From NCBI GenBank assembly GCA_963776275.1, contig CAVZMI010000020.1, positions 32,001 through 96,000 of the forward strand: a stretch of 64,000 nucleotides of DNA, given 5' to 3'. The notes beneath the pieces were generated by a model, which saw only the letters and a program-made list of their open reading frames with translations, had not been told where the DNA came from and searched no databases. Shown piece by piece: positions 33,710 to 44,157 of the stretch (the stretch's first letter is position 1; each line of letters starts with the position of its first letter). Source of the stretch: Ignavibacteriota bacterium. GTDB taxonomy: Bacteria; Bacteroidota; Ignavibacteria; UBA10030; CAVZMI01. The translations under genes were made by a program, and so were the position numbers.

Positions 33710-34099
33710 ATGGAACTCAGAACGCGAAAAAAGCTGGTCGTCGTCGGTGATAAAGTCCTTATCGCACCGGATAAAGAGCAGGAGCGGACAGCCCATGGCC
33801 TGTATCTCCCTCCGGGCGTGAAAGAGAAGGAAAAAATACAAACGGGGTTTATCGTGAAAGTCGGCCCCGGATACCCGGTTGCTAATCCAAATTTCATCGA
33901 TCAGGAACCCTGGTCCACAACGCCGAAAGATCCGGTCAAGTACATTCCTCTTCAAGCCGAAGAAGGTGACTATGCGATTTTTCTTCGTGATGCTGCCGTT
34001 GAGATTGAGTATGAAGGGAAAGAGTATCTTATCGTAAACCAATCGTCCATTCTTATGCTTATCCGCCCCGGAGAGATCGAAGGATTTACAGAATCTTAG
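33710..34099 (+). CDS. Stand-alone GroES-family co-chaperone
   Basis: VGDKVLI, TAHGLYLP, VKVGPG, EIEYEGKEYLIV; no groEL nearby. Confidence 0.85.
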   Translation: MELRTRKKLVVVGDKVLIAPDKEQERTAHGLYLPPGVKEKEKIQTGFIVKVGPGYPVANPNFIDQEPWSTTPKDPVKYIPLQAEEGDYAIFLRDAAVEIEYEGKEYLIVNQSSILMLIRPGEIEGFTES

Positions 34100-34212
34100 T
34101 GATTAGATTTAATCCAATTCTAAAAGTGTACACCCGTCAACTTTTTCCTTGCGTACCAGTCTCTCTTTTTATATCTTTTTAAGGAAGAACTACAAACAAT
34201 GAGGAAATAAGC

Positions 34213-35112
34213 ATGGATCGAAGATCGTTTCTCAGAACCGGATTGACAGCCGGCACTGCGCTTGCCCTGAGCAGATACGGCGGCCTTTTTGCACAGTCTC
34301 AAAATAATTATGATCTGGTCGCCGTGAAGGGCGGCGAACCGGACGTCATGTTTGATAAAGCCATCGAAGTATACGGCGGCATGAAATCCTTCGTCAGGAA
34401 AGGACAGAAGGTTGTTGTGAAGCCCAACATCGGATGGGATGTCGTTCCTGAACGGGCGGGCAATACAAATCCGCAACTTGTCGGACGAATCATTGAGCAC
34501 TGTTTCCAGGCCGGCGCAAAAGAAGTCTACGTGTTTGATAATACGTGCGACGATTGGAAACGATGCTACGCTGACAGCGGAATTGAAAAAATAGCCAAAG
34601 AAAAAAAAGCGACAGTCGTCCCGGGCAATTCCGAAAGCTACTACCATTCCATTACCGTGGAAAAAGGAAAGCAGTTGAAACAAACATCCGTCCACGAGCT
34701 GATCCTCAATTCGGATGTCTTCATCAACGTCCCGGTGCTGAAACATCATAGTTCAACCAGGCTGACTGCCGGCATGAAGAACTTGATGGGAATTGTGTGG
34801 GACAGGGGGTACTGGCATCAGAATGACCTGCATCAATGTATTGCCGATTGTGCAACACGATGCAAACCAACGTTGAATGTTGTCGATGCCTATAATGTGA
34901 TGATGAAAAACGGTCCGCGTGGAGTATCGAAAGCCGACGTGGTATTGATGAAGTCGTTGATTATCTCCACCGATATCGTGGCAGCCGACGCCGCTGGCGC
35001 AAAATTATTCGGCATCGAACCGGACGAAGTTGCGTACATTAAATATGCCGATGAGATGAGCGCCGGACGAAAGGATCTGAGCAAACTCAATGTCAGACGG
35101 ATAGCGATCTAG
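34213..35112 (+). CDS. DUF362-domain protein with Tat signal
   Basis: MDRRSFL, VVVKPNIGWD, INVPVLKHH, MKNLMG. Confidence 0.85.
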   Translation: MDRRSFLRTGLTAGTALALSRYGGLFAQSQNNYDLVAVKGGEPDVMFDKAIEVYGGMKSFVRKGQKVVVKPNIGWDVVPERAGNTNPQLVGRIIEHCFQAGAKEVYVFDNTCDDWKRCYADSGIEKIAKEKKATVVPGNSESYYHSITVEKGKQLKQTSVHELILNSDVFINVPVLKHHSSTRLTAGMKNLMGIVWDRGYWHQNDLHQCIADCATRCKPTLNVVDAYNVMMKNGPRGVSKADVVLMKSLIISTDIVAADAAGAKLFGIEPDEVAYIKYADEMSAGRKDLSKLNVRRIAI

Positions 35113-35116
35113 TTCT

Positions 35117-36679
35117 ATGAATCTTGCGTGGCTGAAAAAGCTAAGAATTGTCGTATCGCTTCTGTTTTTCGTGGCAACGACGTTACTATTCATCGATTTC
35201 GCACACTTACTCTCAGCGGCACTTTTTACTCCGATAAACTACCTTGAGTTTATTCCTTCGCTTTTGAAATTCCTCGCCCTCGGGACACTGGCATCCGCCG
35301 GATTTCTTGTCGTTCTTCTGCTCACCCTGCTATTCGGAAGAGTATATTGCTCGACCGTATGTCCTCTTGGAACGCTTCAGGACTTTATCTCGTATTTCTC
35401 GCTGAAGTGGAGAAAGAAAAAGAAGTATAAGTATTCACAGCCGCTGAATACTCTTCGATATTTGATTCTCGTTCTGGTAACCGTTCTCTTTGCCGGCGGG
35501 ATAATTCTCGCCATCAACATCCTCGACCCGTTCAGCGGCTTCGGAAGAATTACCGCGCTGCTTTTCAAACCGGCGGTTGTCGGAATTAATAATGTGGCGG
35601 CGGCGATCTTCAATAGCCTGAATATATATTGGATCTACCCGGCCGAAATTAAAGGAGTTCACATCACGTCGTTTATTCTCCCCATTGTAACGATTAGTGT
35701 CATTGCTTGGTTAGCGGTGACAAAAGGACGATTATATTGCAATTCTCTTTGTCCGGTCGGTTCGTTGCTTGGATTCATTTCAAACTATTCTCTCTTCAAA
35801 ATAAAAATCGACCTCTCAACATGTGACAATTGTGGAAAATGCGGCACAGTCTGTAAGGCATCGTGTATCGATGTAAAGAAAAAGGGAGTCGATTTTTCAC
35901 GCTGTATAAACTGTTTCAATTGTCTTGCAATTTGTCCCTACAACAGCCTGAACTACGTATACTCATTTGAGAAAAAAAAGGTACCGTCGAAACCGCAGGA
36001 TGCGCTTCAACGACGAAATCTTCTCCTTGGTCTTACTGCATATCTTCTCGGATATGCCGGAATTGCATATGGGCAAACGAAAGTCAAGGTTTATACAAAC
36101 AACACCGTTCCGGTCTTCAAGAAACTGGCGGTAAGTCCTCCGGGTTCAGTCGGCATCACCCGGTTGAACGACACCTGCACAGCATGCAATATCTGCGTGA
36201 GCGCGTGTCCGAGCCAGGTGCTTCAGCCTTCATGGTTCGAGTATGGAGTCATAGGGATATTCCAACCGCGGCTCGATGCCGGAGCCGGCTACTGCGCGTA
36301 TGATTGCACCATCTGTGGAGAAGTGTGCCCGACCGGTGCAATTCTTCCCTTAGCTCTCGAAGAGAAAAAGCTGACCCAACTCGGAAAAACAAAATTCATA
36401 AGGGAAAATTGTATTGTTGAGACTCAAAAGACAGAATGCGGTGCCTGCTCGGAGCGTTGTCCCACAAAAGCAGTGCATATGATCCCGTACAACGGACTGT
36501 TTCTGCCCGAGGTGAGAGACCAATATTGCATCGGGTGCGGGGCCTGCGAATATTCATGTCCTACTGTACCGTACAAAGCAATTTACGTCGAAGGAAACGC
36601 CATCCATCAAAAAGCGGAAAAGCCAATAGAAGAGAAACTCGAACAGAAAATCGAGAACAAGAGCGAATTTCCTTTTTAA
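35117..36679 (+). CDS. Membrane polyferredoxin (NapH/NapG-like fusion)
   Basis: GRVYCSTVCPLG, RLYCNSLCPVG and several CxxCxxCxxxCP motifs. Confidence 0.85.
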   Translation: MNLAWLKKLRIVVSLLFFVATTLLFIDFAHLLSAALFTPINYLEFIPSLLKFLALGTLASAGFLVVLLLTLLFGRVYCSTVCPLGTLQDFISYFSLKWRKKKKYKYSQPLNTLRYLILVLVTVLFAGGIILAINILDPFSGFGRITALLFKPAVVGINNVAAAIFNSLNIYWIYPAEIKGVHITSFILPIVTISVIAWLAVTKGRLYCNSLCPVGSLLGFISNYSLFKIKIDLSTCDNCGKCGTVCKASCIDVKKKGVDFSRCINCFNCLAICPYNSLNYVYSFEKKKVPSKPQDALQRRNLLLGLTAYLLGYAGIAYGQTKVKVYTNNTVPVFKKLAVSPPGSVGITRLNDTCTACNICVSACPSQVLQPSWFEYGVIGIFQPRLDAGAGYCAYDCTICGEVCPTGAILPLALEEKKLTQLGKTKFIRENCIVETQKTECGACSERCPTKAVHMIPYNGLFLPEVRDQYCIGCGACEYSCPTVPYKAIYVEGNAIHQKAEKPIEEKLEQKIENKSEFPF

Positions 36680-36723
36680 TTCAACATTTTCATGAAGGAT
36701 TAAAATCCTTGAGAGATTAGATT

Positions 36724-36768
36724 AATCATAGTCCTGGCCCTAAGACCGGGGCTATGATTTTTCTTTTT
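36724..36768 (+). terminator. Intrinsic terminator
   Basis: AATCATAGTCCTGG...CCGGGGCTATGATT followed by a T-rich tail. Confidence 0.75.
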
Positions 36769-37035
36769 TCCTATAAGTTTTTGCCCCCCCCATCATCTCC
36801 CGTGCTACCTCTAGAGTTGTCCACCGTCTTTTTCTTATCTCATTTGCCATTGACTAAAAACTCATGTACATTCGGTCGAGCCACCTATTTTCATCTATTA
36901 TTATACACCTGTTGATATATTTGAATTATTTTATAAATAGAAAGTAATTTCCTTAGGAATTGAAAGAGAAATGTGATTGCACATTAAGTGTGGTTGAAGG
37001 ATATCCATTTTTGATAATTATATAGGTATATCCAT

Positions 37036-38097
37036 ATGAAAAAAATAACTGTTCTTATTGTCTTTCTACTTTCTCTCAGCAATACTCACAGCAATCCCGT
37101 CATGGTGCCACAGGCATTTATTTCAGAATTTGCGTTTGAGAGCGATACTCACTGGACATTAGAGATTATGTTCAGGTTTGGTGATGAATATAACCATAGT
37201 GATTTCGATAGTATATGTGTAGCAACATCGCATGGAAGTTCGCGAATACGGTTGGATCACATACAAGATAGCACTTCATTGTTCGTCATAACCTCTGATA
37301 GTCTCATGAGCCCACTATCGATCAATAGTGAGGGAGATCAGATTATAGTATATTCATATCCCCCTGAATATGATGGGATGGCGCTCGTTGATTACATTTC
37401 ATTTGGAAATGTTCCGGGTTCATCTATTGATGTATTGCCGCCCGGATATTCTATTTGCCGATTGAAATATTATCTTTTTTGCAAAGATAAAAGTCCTACC
37501 ATCGGGTTTGCAAATGATACGGCAGGAACGTGCGGAACGCTGAAAGGATATCTTCTCGACAAAAACGACGCTATCGTGACAGGAGGAAATTTTGAAATAG
37601 ACAATCCGTTCGTTTTTAGTGACGATAGCACATATTCAACCCGGATCTTTTCCAGAAAATTTAACATCAGTGCCATAACGAAATTTATTTCCCTCGAATC
37701 TCTTACATCTTTGAGAATAGATTCCTTATTTATCGATATGGATCCTGACTCACTTCTTGAAGAGAACATACATTGTAAGGATTATATTGTTGGGATTCTG
37801 AAAAATACTATCAACCAGAGTCTCCCTTTAGAAATTATGAACTATCCAAATCCGTTCAATTCCAGCACTACATTCTCTGTTCGAATTCCGGCCGATGTAC
37901 ACTACCGGACGGCATTCATTCACATTTATTCAATCGATGGTAAAAGAATATATACACTTCCTGTATCGGAGCATTCACTCATGCAATGGAATGGACAAAC
38001 AACCAACGGCGAACCAGCAGCTACCGGAGTGTATTATTATCAGCTCCTTTTGAATAATATCGTTTACAAAAGCGGTTCAATGATTCTCCTTAAATGA
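37036..38097 (+). CDS. Secreted protein with T9SS type A sorting domain
   Basis: Signal peptide; C-terminal NYPNPFNSST...WNG...TGVYYY...MILLK. Confidence 0.8.
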   Translation: MKKITVLIVFLLSLSNTHSNPVMVPQAFISEFAFESDTHWTLEIMFRFGDEYNHSDFDSICVATSHGSSRIRLDHIQDSTSLFVITSDSLMSPLSINSEGDQIIVYSYPPEYDGMALVDYISFGNVPGSSIDVLPPGYSICRLKYYLFCKDKSPTIGFANDTAGTCGTLKGYLLDKNDAIVTGGNFEIDNPFVFSDDSTYSTRIFSRKFNISAITKFISLESLTSLRIDSLFIDMDPDSLLEENIHCKDYIVGILKNTINQSLPLEIMNYPNPFNSSTTFSVRIPADVHYRTAFIHIYSIDGKRIYTLPVSEHSLMQWNGQTTNGEPAATGVYYYQLLLNNIVYKSGSMILLK

Positions 38098-38106
38098 TGA
38101 GGGACT

Positions 38107-38674
38107 ATGCGCCTGATCGTGCTCTTTCATCTTGCGTTGACTCCGTGCGTGTTAAGTCAGGAGATAGAATTTTTCAAGGAGAGCATTTCTTTCCAGCTTA
38201 CCTGCGAGTCTTTTTTTGTCGATGGGTACTATTGGTTCTCGAACGTATCGGATAAAAATGTAGAAAAGTTAATTTTCTATCCGTTTGGCAACACAACGAG
38301 CACTGAAGTCATCGATTCTGTTGAAGTCTTCAATATGACAAAAGGATTTACTCAACAGGTTACGAAAAGAACAGAAGGTGGTATTTATTTTATTGCGACC
38401 CTGGCCGCCCGGGATACGGTTGTCTATCGCGTCATGTACCGCCAAAAATTATTCTACGATAGCGTCAGATATATACTACGCTCAACTCGACAGTGGAGAA
38501 AACCACTTGAATCAGCAGAATACACGTTGCGGGTCCAGTTCTCCGATCGATGTCCTATCATCTACATATCGACCGGATACTCTGTATTCTATACAAGGTG
38601 AAAAAATTTACTACTGGAAGAGAAAGAATTTCTTACCTGACAATGATTTAGTATTTCACTATACGCCGCACTAA
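38107..38674 (+). CDS. Hypothetical secreted protein, frameshift near 38535
   Basis: Signal peptide; YILRSTRQWRKPLESA continues in the other frame to YYWKRKNFLPDNDL. Confidence 0.6.
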
Positions 38675-38781
38675 TTTTTTACTTACTATAGGCGAGTACA
38701 ACACAATCTTACGGTATAAACCCAAATAAGCATACTCTATCGAAAAAATAGTCGTACTACCAAATCACCATTGTGGGATCC

Positions 38782-39345
38782 ATGAAAATCACCCGAACAC
38801 TCTATGTCACCAATCGAAATAAGTGGCGTGAATGGTTGAGAAAGCATTACAAGTCCGAAAAGGATATCTGGCTTATTTATTATCGGAAGGAATCGGGTAA
38901 GCCGCGTATTTCCTACAACGACGCGGTCGAAGAAGCGCTCTGCTTCGGCTGGATAGACAGCACGATCAAGAAACTCGACCATGAACGCTTTGCTCAGAGG
39001 TTCTCGCCACGAAACCCGAAAAGCGGGTATTCTCAAGCGAACAAGATCCGTCTTCGCACCCTCATTCGCCGCCGGAAAGTACGCAAAGAAGTACTGGCAA
39101 CTCTTGGAAATATTTTATTCGATCATTTCGTCTTCCCGCCCGATATCATGAAAGCCATCAAAGCCAATAGGCGTGCATGGACCAACTTCAGGAAGTTCTC
39201 GGAACCATACAAAGAAATCCGGATCGGGTTCATCGACGCATCAAGAAAACGGCCCGAGATATTTCAAAAGCGTCTTGACTATTTTATCAGAATGACCGAG
39301 AAGAACAAGCAGTTCGGATTTGGCGGCATCAGCCGTCATTTTTAG
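38782..39345 (+). CDS. YdeI/OmdA-associated family protein
   Basis: WREWLRKH, AVEEALCFGWIDS, RFSPRNPKS, KRPE. Confidence 0.88.
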   Translation: MKITRTLYVTNRNKWREWLRKHYKSEKDIWLIYYRKESGKPRISYNDAVEEALCFGWIDSTIKKLDHERFAQRFSPRNPKSGYSQANKIRLRTLIRRRKVRKEVLATLGNILFDHFVFPPDIMKAIKANRRAWTNFRKFSEPYKEIRIGFIDASRKRPEIFQKRLDYFIRMTEKNKQFGFGGISRHF

Positions 39346-39362
39346 GAGGGCTGTCTTAAACA

Positions 39363-39428
39363 TCCCGCGAGGGTTGAAACCCCTCGGGGAGTTGTTCTAT
39401 CGCCGACCACGGACTGAAGTCCGTGGCT
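39363..39428. repeat. Two REP-like palindromes
   Basis: CGAGGGTT-GA-AACCCCTCG and CCACGGACT-GA-AGTCCGTGG. Confidence 0.65.
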
Positions 39429-39555
39429 ATAATTGAATCCTGTATAATTAAACCCACTGCAACTTGCCGGCCATCCCACCGTATCTAAAATAGGGACTTT
39501 TCCTTATATCCGGAGTCTAATTACTATATTCAACCATACATAGCATTTCCATCCA

Positions 39556-40654
39556 ATGACTATGAAAAAGAAAATAGTTCTATCCACTGCCGCCCTTGTT
39601 GTTATCGGCGGCGCATCACTACTTTTCTTCGGCAGTAAAAAATCATCGAGCGACAGCGAACTCCAGAAAGTGAAGGTTGTCAAAGGAACCATTATCGATA
39701 AGGCCCTTGCAGTCGGGACAATCGAGCCGGAAAATGAAATATCCGTAAAATCGAAAGTTTCGGGAGTCGTCAGCCGCATATTCACCGACGTGGGTGTGTA
39801 CGTAAAAATCGGCCAGCCGTTACTCGAAGTTAGACCCGATCCTACACCACTCGAACTCGCCGATGCAAAACGGCAGGTCCAGACTCAGTGCTGTGGATCT
39901 AGACAATCTGAAAAAGGAACAAGTGCGCCAGAAAAGTTTGTTTAATAGCAAACTGATATCGGACAAAGAGTACGAGGATTTTCAGAAGCAATATGAAGAA
40001 TCCGAACTGCGCTTGAAGATATCATCTGAAAAATTGGCGTTGATGGAAAGCGGAAAAGTGAAAATAGGAGATACAGAGATAGAATCCATCGTGAAAGCTC
40101 CAATTTCAGGTTTCGTACTCAACCGGACGATCGAAGTCGGCGATCCGGTCACTCCATTGACGTCGTACCAGGAAGGAACCGTGCTGATGAAAATGGCAAA
40201 TATGGAGCGGCTTCTTTTTAAAGGTACAGTCGATGAAATCGATGTCGGTAAAATGAAAGAAGGAATGGAAGTCGAAATCAAAATCGGCGCACTGCCGAAC
40301 GATACCGTGCGTGGAACACTCCGCAAGATCTGGCTGAAGGCAGAAAAAAAGGATAATGCAACAGTATTTCCGATCGAAATTCTTATTCCCGATGGTAAAA
40401 ATACTGTTCTACGCGCCGGCTATTCTGCCAATGCAAATATTATCATTCAGAAGAAAGTAAATGTCCTTACGATTCCAGAGCGGACGGTGATATTCAGCAA
40501 TGACTCGGCTTTTGTGAAAGTCTACATCGGGCCGAACAAAGAAGAACAACGATATATAAAAACAGGGCTCAGCGATGCCATCAGCATTGAAGTCATCAGC
40601 GGATTAAAAGAGGGGGATGAAGTGTTTGAAAAACCGGTGAAGAAGATCGACTGA
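39556..40654 (+). CDS. MacA-like periplasmic adaptor, frameshift near 39883
   Basis: GTIEP...VKSKVSG, VKAPISG, VDEIDVG, IKTGLSD, GLKEGD. Confidence 0.85.
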
Positions 40655-41886
40655 TGGATACGCTCAGAACGATCGTCTCCGAATTCATTGTAGATCTCCG
40701 CGCACAGAAGCTTCGTTCTTTTCTGACAATGTTTGGAATAATCTGGGGAACTGTAGCTATCGTGGTGCTAGTCGCATTCGGAATTGGTTTTAAAAAACAG
40801 ACTGCGGCTAATATGCACGGGATGGGTGAAAGTATTGCCGTGATGTTCCCGGGGAAAACAACGAAACCATGGGCCGGATATGGAATCGGCAGGCCGATAT
40901 CATTCATCGAAGACGATACCAAACTTCTGGCATCACAGGTGCCGAACATCGCTGCCGTCAGTCCGGAATACGGACGTTACACCGTTGCACGAATCGGCGA
41001 GAATATTTTAAATCCGCTCGTTTCCGGAGTCAACCCCATTTACGGCGACATGCGCAATATAATCCCGGAACCGGGCGGCAGATTTATTAATGACCTCGAT
41101 ATCCAGGAACGCCGCAGGATCGCCGTTATCGGAGATAAAGTTAAAGAATTCCTTTTCGGCGATCAGAAGGCGATCGGGAAGATAGTATATATCGGCAGCG
41201 TTCCGTTCACAGTCGTCGGTGTCATGCAGAAGAAAACACAGCCTTCATCGTACAATAGAAGAGATCAGGATCGCATCTTTATCCCTATGTCGACATTTGC
41301 TTCGATCTACGGCTCTATTCATCTAAACAACATCATTTATCAGATTAAGGATCCGCGGCTCGGCGAGGAAACGGTAAAAGAAGTGCGGGAGGTGCTCGGC
41401 AAGCGATACAAATTCGATCCAACCGACAAGAGTGCCGTCTGGATCTGGGATACGACGGAATTCGACCGTTTTTCGTTCTATCTGTTCCTCGGTATCAATA
41501 TTTTTTTAGGACTCATCGGTAGTTTCACACTCGGCGTTGCCGGTCTGGGTGTGGCGAATATCATGTTCATCGTTGTCCAGGAACGCATCAAGGAAATCGG
41601 CGTGAAGCGGGCGGTCGGCGCTACAAAAACGAATATATTATTTCAATTCTTTTCCGAGACATTTTTCATTGTCTTTACCGGTTCGGCAGTCGGATTCCTC
41701 ATCTCATACGGAATCATCTTCCTGCTCGGATTTCTGCCGATCAAAGACTATGTCGGCACACCCGAATTCTCGCTGGAGGTTGTCGGTGTAACTGTCTGTG
41801 TTCTGATTGCGGTCGGACTTCTTTCAGGTTTGATGCCTGCACGCCGGGCATCCAACGTTGATGTAGTCGAATGTTTACGCACATAA
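40654..41886 (+). CDS. ABC transporter permease (MacB/FtsX family)
   Basis: KLRSFLTMFGI, GRFIN, GVANIM...ERIKEIGVKRAVGA, PARRAS. Confidence 0.92.
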   Translation: MDTLRTIVSEFIVDLRAQKLRSFLTMFGIIWGTVAIVVLVAFGIGFKKQTAANMHGMGESIAVMFPGKTTKPWAGYGIGRPISFIEDDTKLLASQVPNIAAVSPEYGRYTVARIGENILNPLVSGVNPIYGDMRNIIPEPGGRFINDLDIQERRRIAVIGDKVKEFLFGDQKAIGKIVYIGSVPFTVVGVMQKKTQPSSYNRRDQDRIFIPMSTFASIYGSIHLNNIIYQIKDPRLGEETVKEVREVLGKRYKFDPTDKSAVWIWDTTEFDRFSFYLFLGINIFLGLIGSFTLGVAGLGVANIMFIVVQERIKEIGVKRAVGATKTNILFQFFSETFFIVFTGSAVGFLISYGIIFLLGFLPIKDYVGTPEFSLEVVGVTVCVLIAVGLLSGLMPARRASNVDVVECLRT

Positions 41887-41892
41887 ACCAAT

Positions 41893-43134
41893 ATGTTACT
41901 TGAACTTCTAAAAGATTTCCTGTCCGATCTCCGGGCACATCGTACAAGGGCAACACTCACGCTGCTTGCCGTCATGTGGGGCACAATTGCCGTTGTACTT
42001 CTGCTATCGTTCGGCAGAGGATTAGGAACCCAGATGCTTAAAGGCCTGACGAATGCGGGTAACCGTATCCTCGTAATGTACGGAGGAGAAACGGGGCTTG
42101 TCTATCAGGGATTGCCCAAAGGAAGAAACATCCGTTTTACGGAAGACGATATCGATCTCATCAGCAAGACCGTAAGTGGCATCGGAATGATTTCCCCCCA
42201 ATACCGGAACACGGCCACGCTCACCTACGGAAAATATTCGACAAGTACCGAATGTGAGGGTGTCAATCCCGGATTTGAAGAAATGCGGCGGATGTATCCG
42301 GCCGGAGGGGGACGATTTCTGAACGACCTTGACGTCGGTCAGCAACGGCGCGTTTTATTCCTCGGTGTAGAAATTGCAAAAGACCTTCTCAAGGGTGAAT
42401 ATCCGATCGGAAAGATTGTAATGGTCGATGGTGTGCCGTTTACAATCATCGGGATTATGCAGAAGAAAATTCAAACAGCGATGAACAACGGACCCGATAC
42501 ACGACGCGCAATCATTCCGTACACAACATTCAGGACATCGTATGGGAACCGTCACGTTAATTCCATTGTCATTCAACCTACCGATCCCGGCCGGCAGGAA
42601 ATAGTGAAGAGCTCAATCTACGAAGTCCTTGGCAGAAAATATAGATTCGATCCGAAGGATGAACGCGCGCTTTTCATCTGGGACTTTATCGAAGCCGAAA
42701 AAATAAGCCAGAAAATCGGCGTCGGCGTTTCCATCTTTCTGTTTGCAATCGGATTCCTTACACTTGTCATCGCGGGCGTGGGAGTTGCCAATGTTATGTA
42801 TGTAGTCGTCAAAGAACGCACTCGAGAAATCGGCATCAAGATGGCTATTGGTGCAAGGCGCAGTTATATTTTACTGCAATTTATTTTCGAATCATTGTTG
42901 CTCTCGCTATCGGGCGGTACGGTCGGAATTCTGTTCTGCTATGTTGTCGTTTCCATTTTCAGGATGATTCCTGCAGAAGAAGGAGCGATGCAGTTTGTCG
43001 GACGGCCGATACTGTCTCCCTCTCTCATACTGATCACCGTCGGTATTCTGACCGCTATCGGACTCGCAGCCGGCTTATTCCCTGCACGTAAAGCCGCAAG
43101 TGTGGATCCGGTCGAATCGATACGATACGAGTAA
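41893..43134 (+). CDS. ABC transporter permease (MacB/FtsX family)
   Basis: GVANVM...ERTREIGIKMAIGA, PARKAASVDPVESIRYE. Confidence 0.92.
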   Translation: MLLELLKDFLSDLRAHRTRATLTLLAVMWGTIAVVLLLSFGRGLGTQMLKGLTNAGNRILVMYGGETGLVYQGLPKGRNIRFTEDDIDLISKTVSGIGMISPQYRNTATLTYGKYSTSTECEGVNPGFEEMRRMYPAGGGRFLNDLDVGQQRRVLFLGVEIAKDLLKGEYPIGKIVMVDGVPFTIIGIMQKKIQTAMNNGPDTRRAIIPYTTFRTSYGNRHVNSIVIQPTDPGRQEIVKSSIYEVLGRKYRFDPKDERALFIWDFIEAEKISQKIGVGVSIFLFAIGFLTLVIAGVGVANVMYVVVKERTREIGIKMAIGARRSYILLQFIFESLLLSLSGGTVGILFCYVVVSIFRMIPAEEGAMQFVGRPILSPSLILITVGILTAIGLAAGLFPARKAASVDPVESIRYE

Positions 43135-43407
43135 ACCGCTTTTCTTAATCCTTCACCCTCTTTTATATACTTACTTTCTAACGTACAACTTTCATAATGA
43201 AAGGCGATAGCAGATTCCCGGTGGGTAATTTGTTCTCATTATCATGTAAGTAATGAAGCAAGGACAACCTCATTTATTACTCTTTGTTTAGTTTTCTAAC
43301 TTCTCTGTCTTTTCCATCACAACAATTATCAACCGGAACTAAACTCCTCAGCAAAATATTTTGTTACCAAATTATAGAGCAACACATTCACATTAATGGA
43401 ATTTATC

Positions 43408-43833
43408 ATGAACGACTCACTCATACAGCAGATACGAAAGGAAGTGACATCACTAGGTGTGAAAGAACTGCGCACACCTGAAGAAGTGGATACAGTCATT
43501 CCTAATACACAAGGCACGATGCTTCTATTTGTTAACTCGGCTTGCAGATGTGCTGCCGGGGTGGCCAGACCGGGTCTGGCACGCGCACTTGACCATCCGG
43601 TCCGGCCCGATCATGTTGTCTCGGTTTTTGCAGGACTGGATATAGACGCGACAGCACGTGCACGGCACTATTTGGGGGACAAATCTTCTTCATCTCCCTC
43701 ATTCGCGCTTTTACGGGACGGAAAGCTTGTGAAGATGATCAGGCGTTTCCGGATCGAACGCCATACCCCCAATGAAATCGCGAAAGAACTCATTGAAGTA
43801 TTTGAACAGTATTGCAGTCCGGTGCAAAAGTAA
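43408..43833 (+). CDS. BrxA/BrxB-family bacilliredoxin
   Basis: NSACRCAAGVARP (CxC), VFAGLD, SSPSFALL. Confidence 0.85.
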   Translation: MNDSLIQQIRKEVTSLGVKELRTPEEVDTVIPNTQGTMLLFVNSACRCAAGVARPGLARALDHPVRPDHVVSVFAGLDIDATARARHYLGDKSSSSPSFALLRDGKLVKMIRRFRIERHTPNEIAKELIEVFEQYCSPVQK

Positions 43834-44157
43834 ATATACACGTGGTAGGGGGAAAAAGGAACTCTCAGATGAATATGTCTCGTTTTCCTCTTTTTCCCCC
43901 GCCAAAGTGTAACTTTTTTGTAAAAACCTTTGTTATGTAATATGAAACCGGGTTTTATTGATTGACCGGTAAATTTGTAACAGCTTCTTCAAACATACCT
44001 TAAAACACAGGGGAGAGAGAAAAAACTGCTGAAACGGTCTCTCTCCCTCCTTTTTTATCTCGAAAGCTATATAAAAACTAATAACCATTGCCCTTTTTTT
44101 ATTCAGTAGTTTTACGTATTATTATGGTTCGAGTTGATCATTGAAAAGGAGTCGGCA

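Noticed and set aside
43225-43243. Fur-box-like sequence upstream of the bacilliredoxin gene
   Set aside because: Only 13/19 match, with one good half-site, in AT-rich DNA
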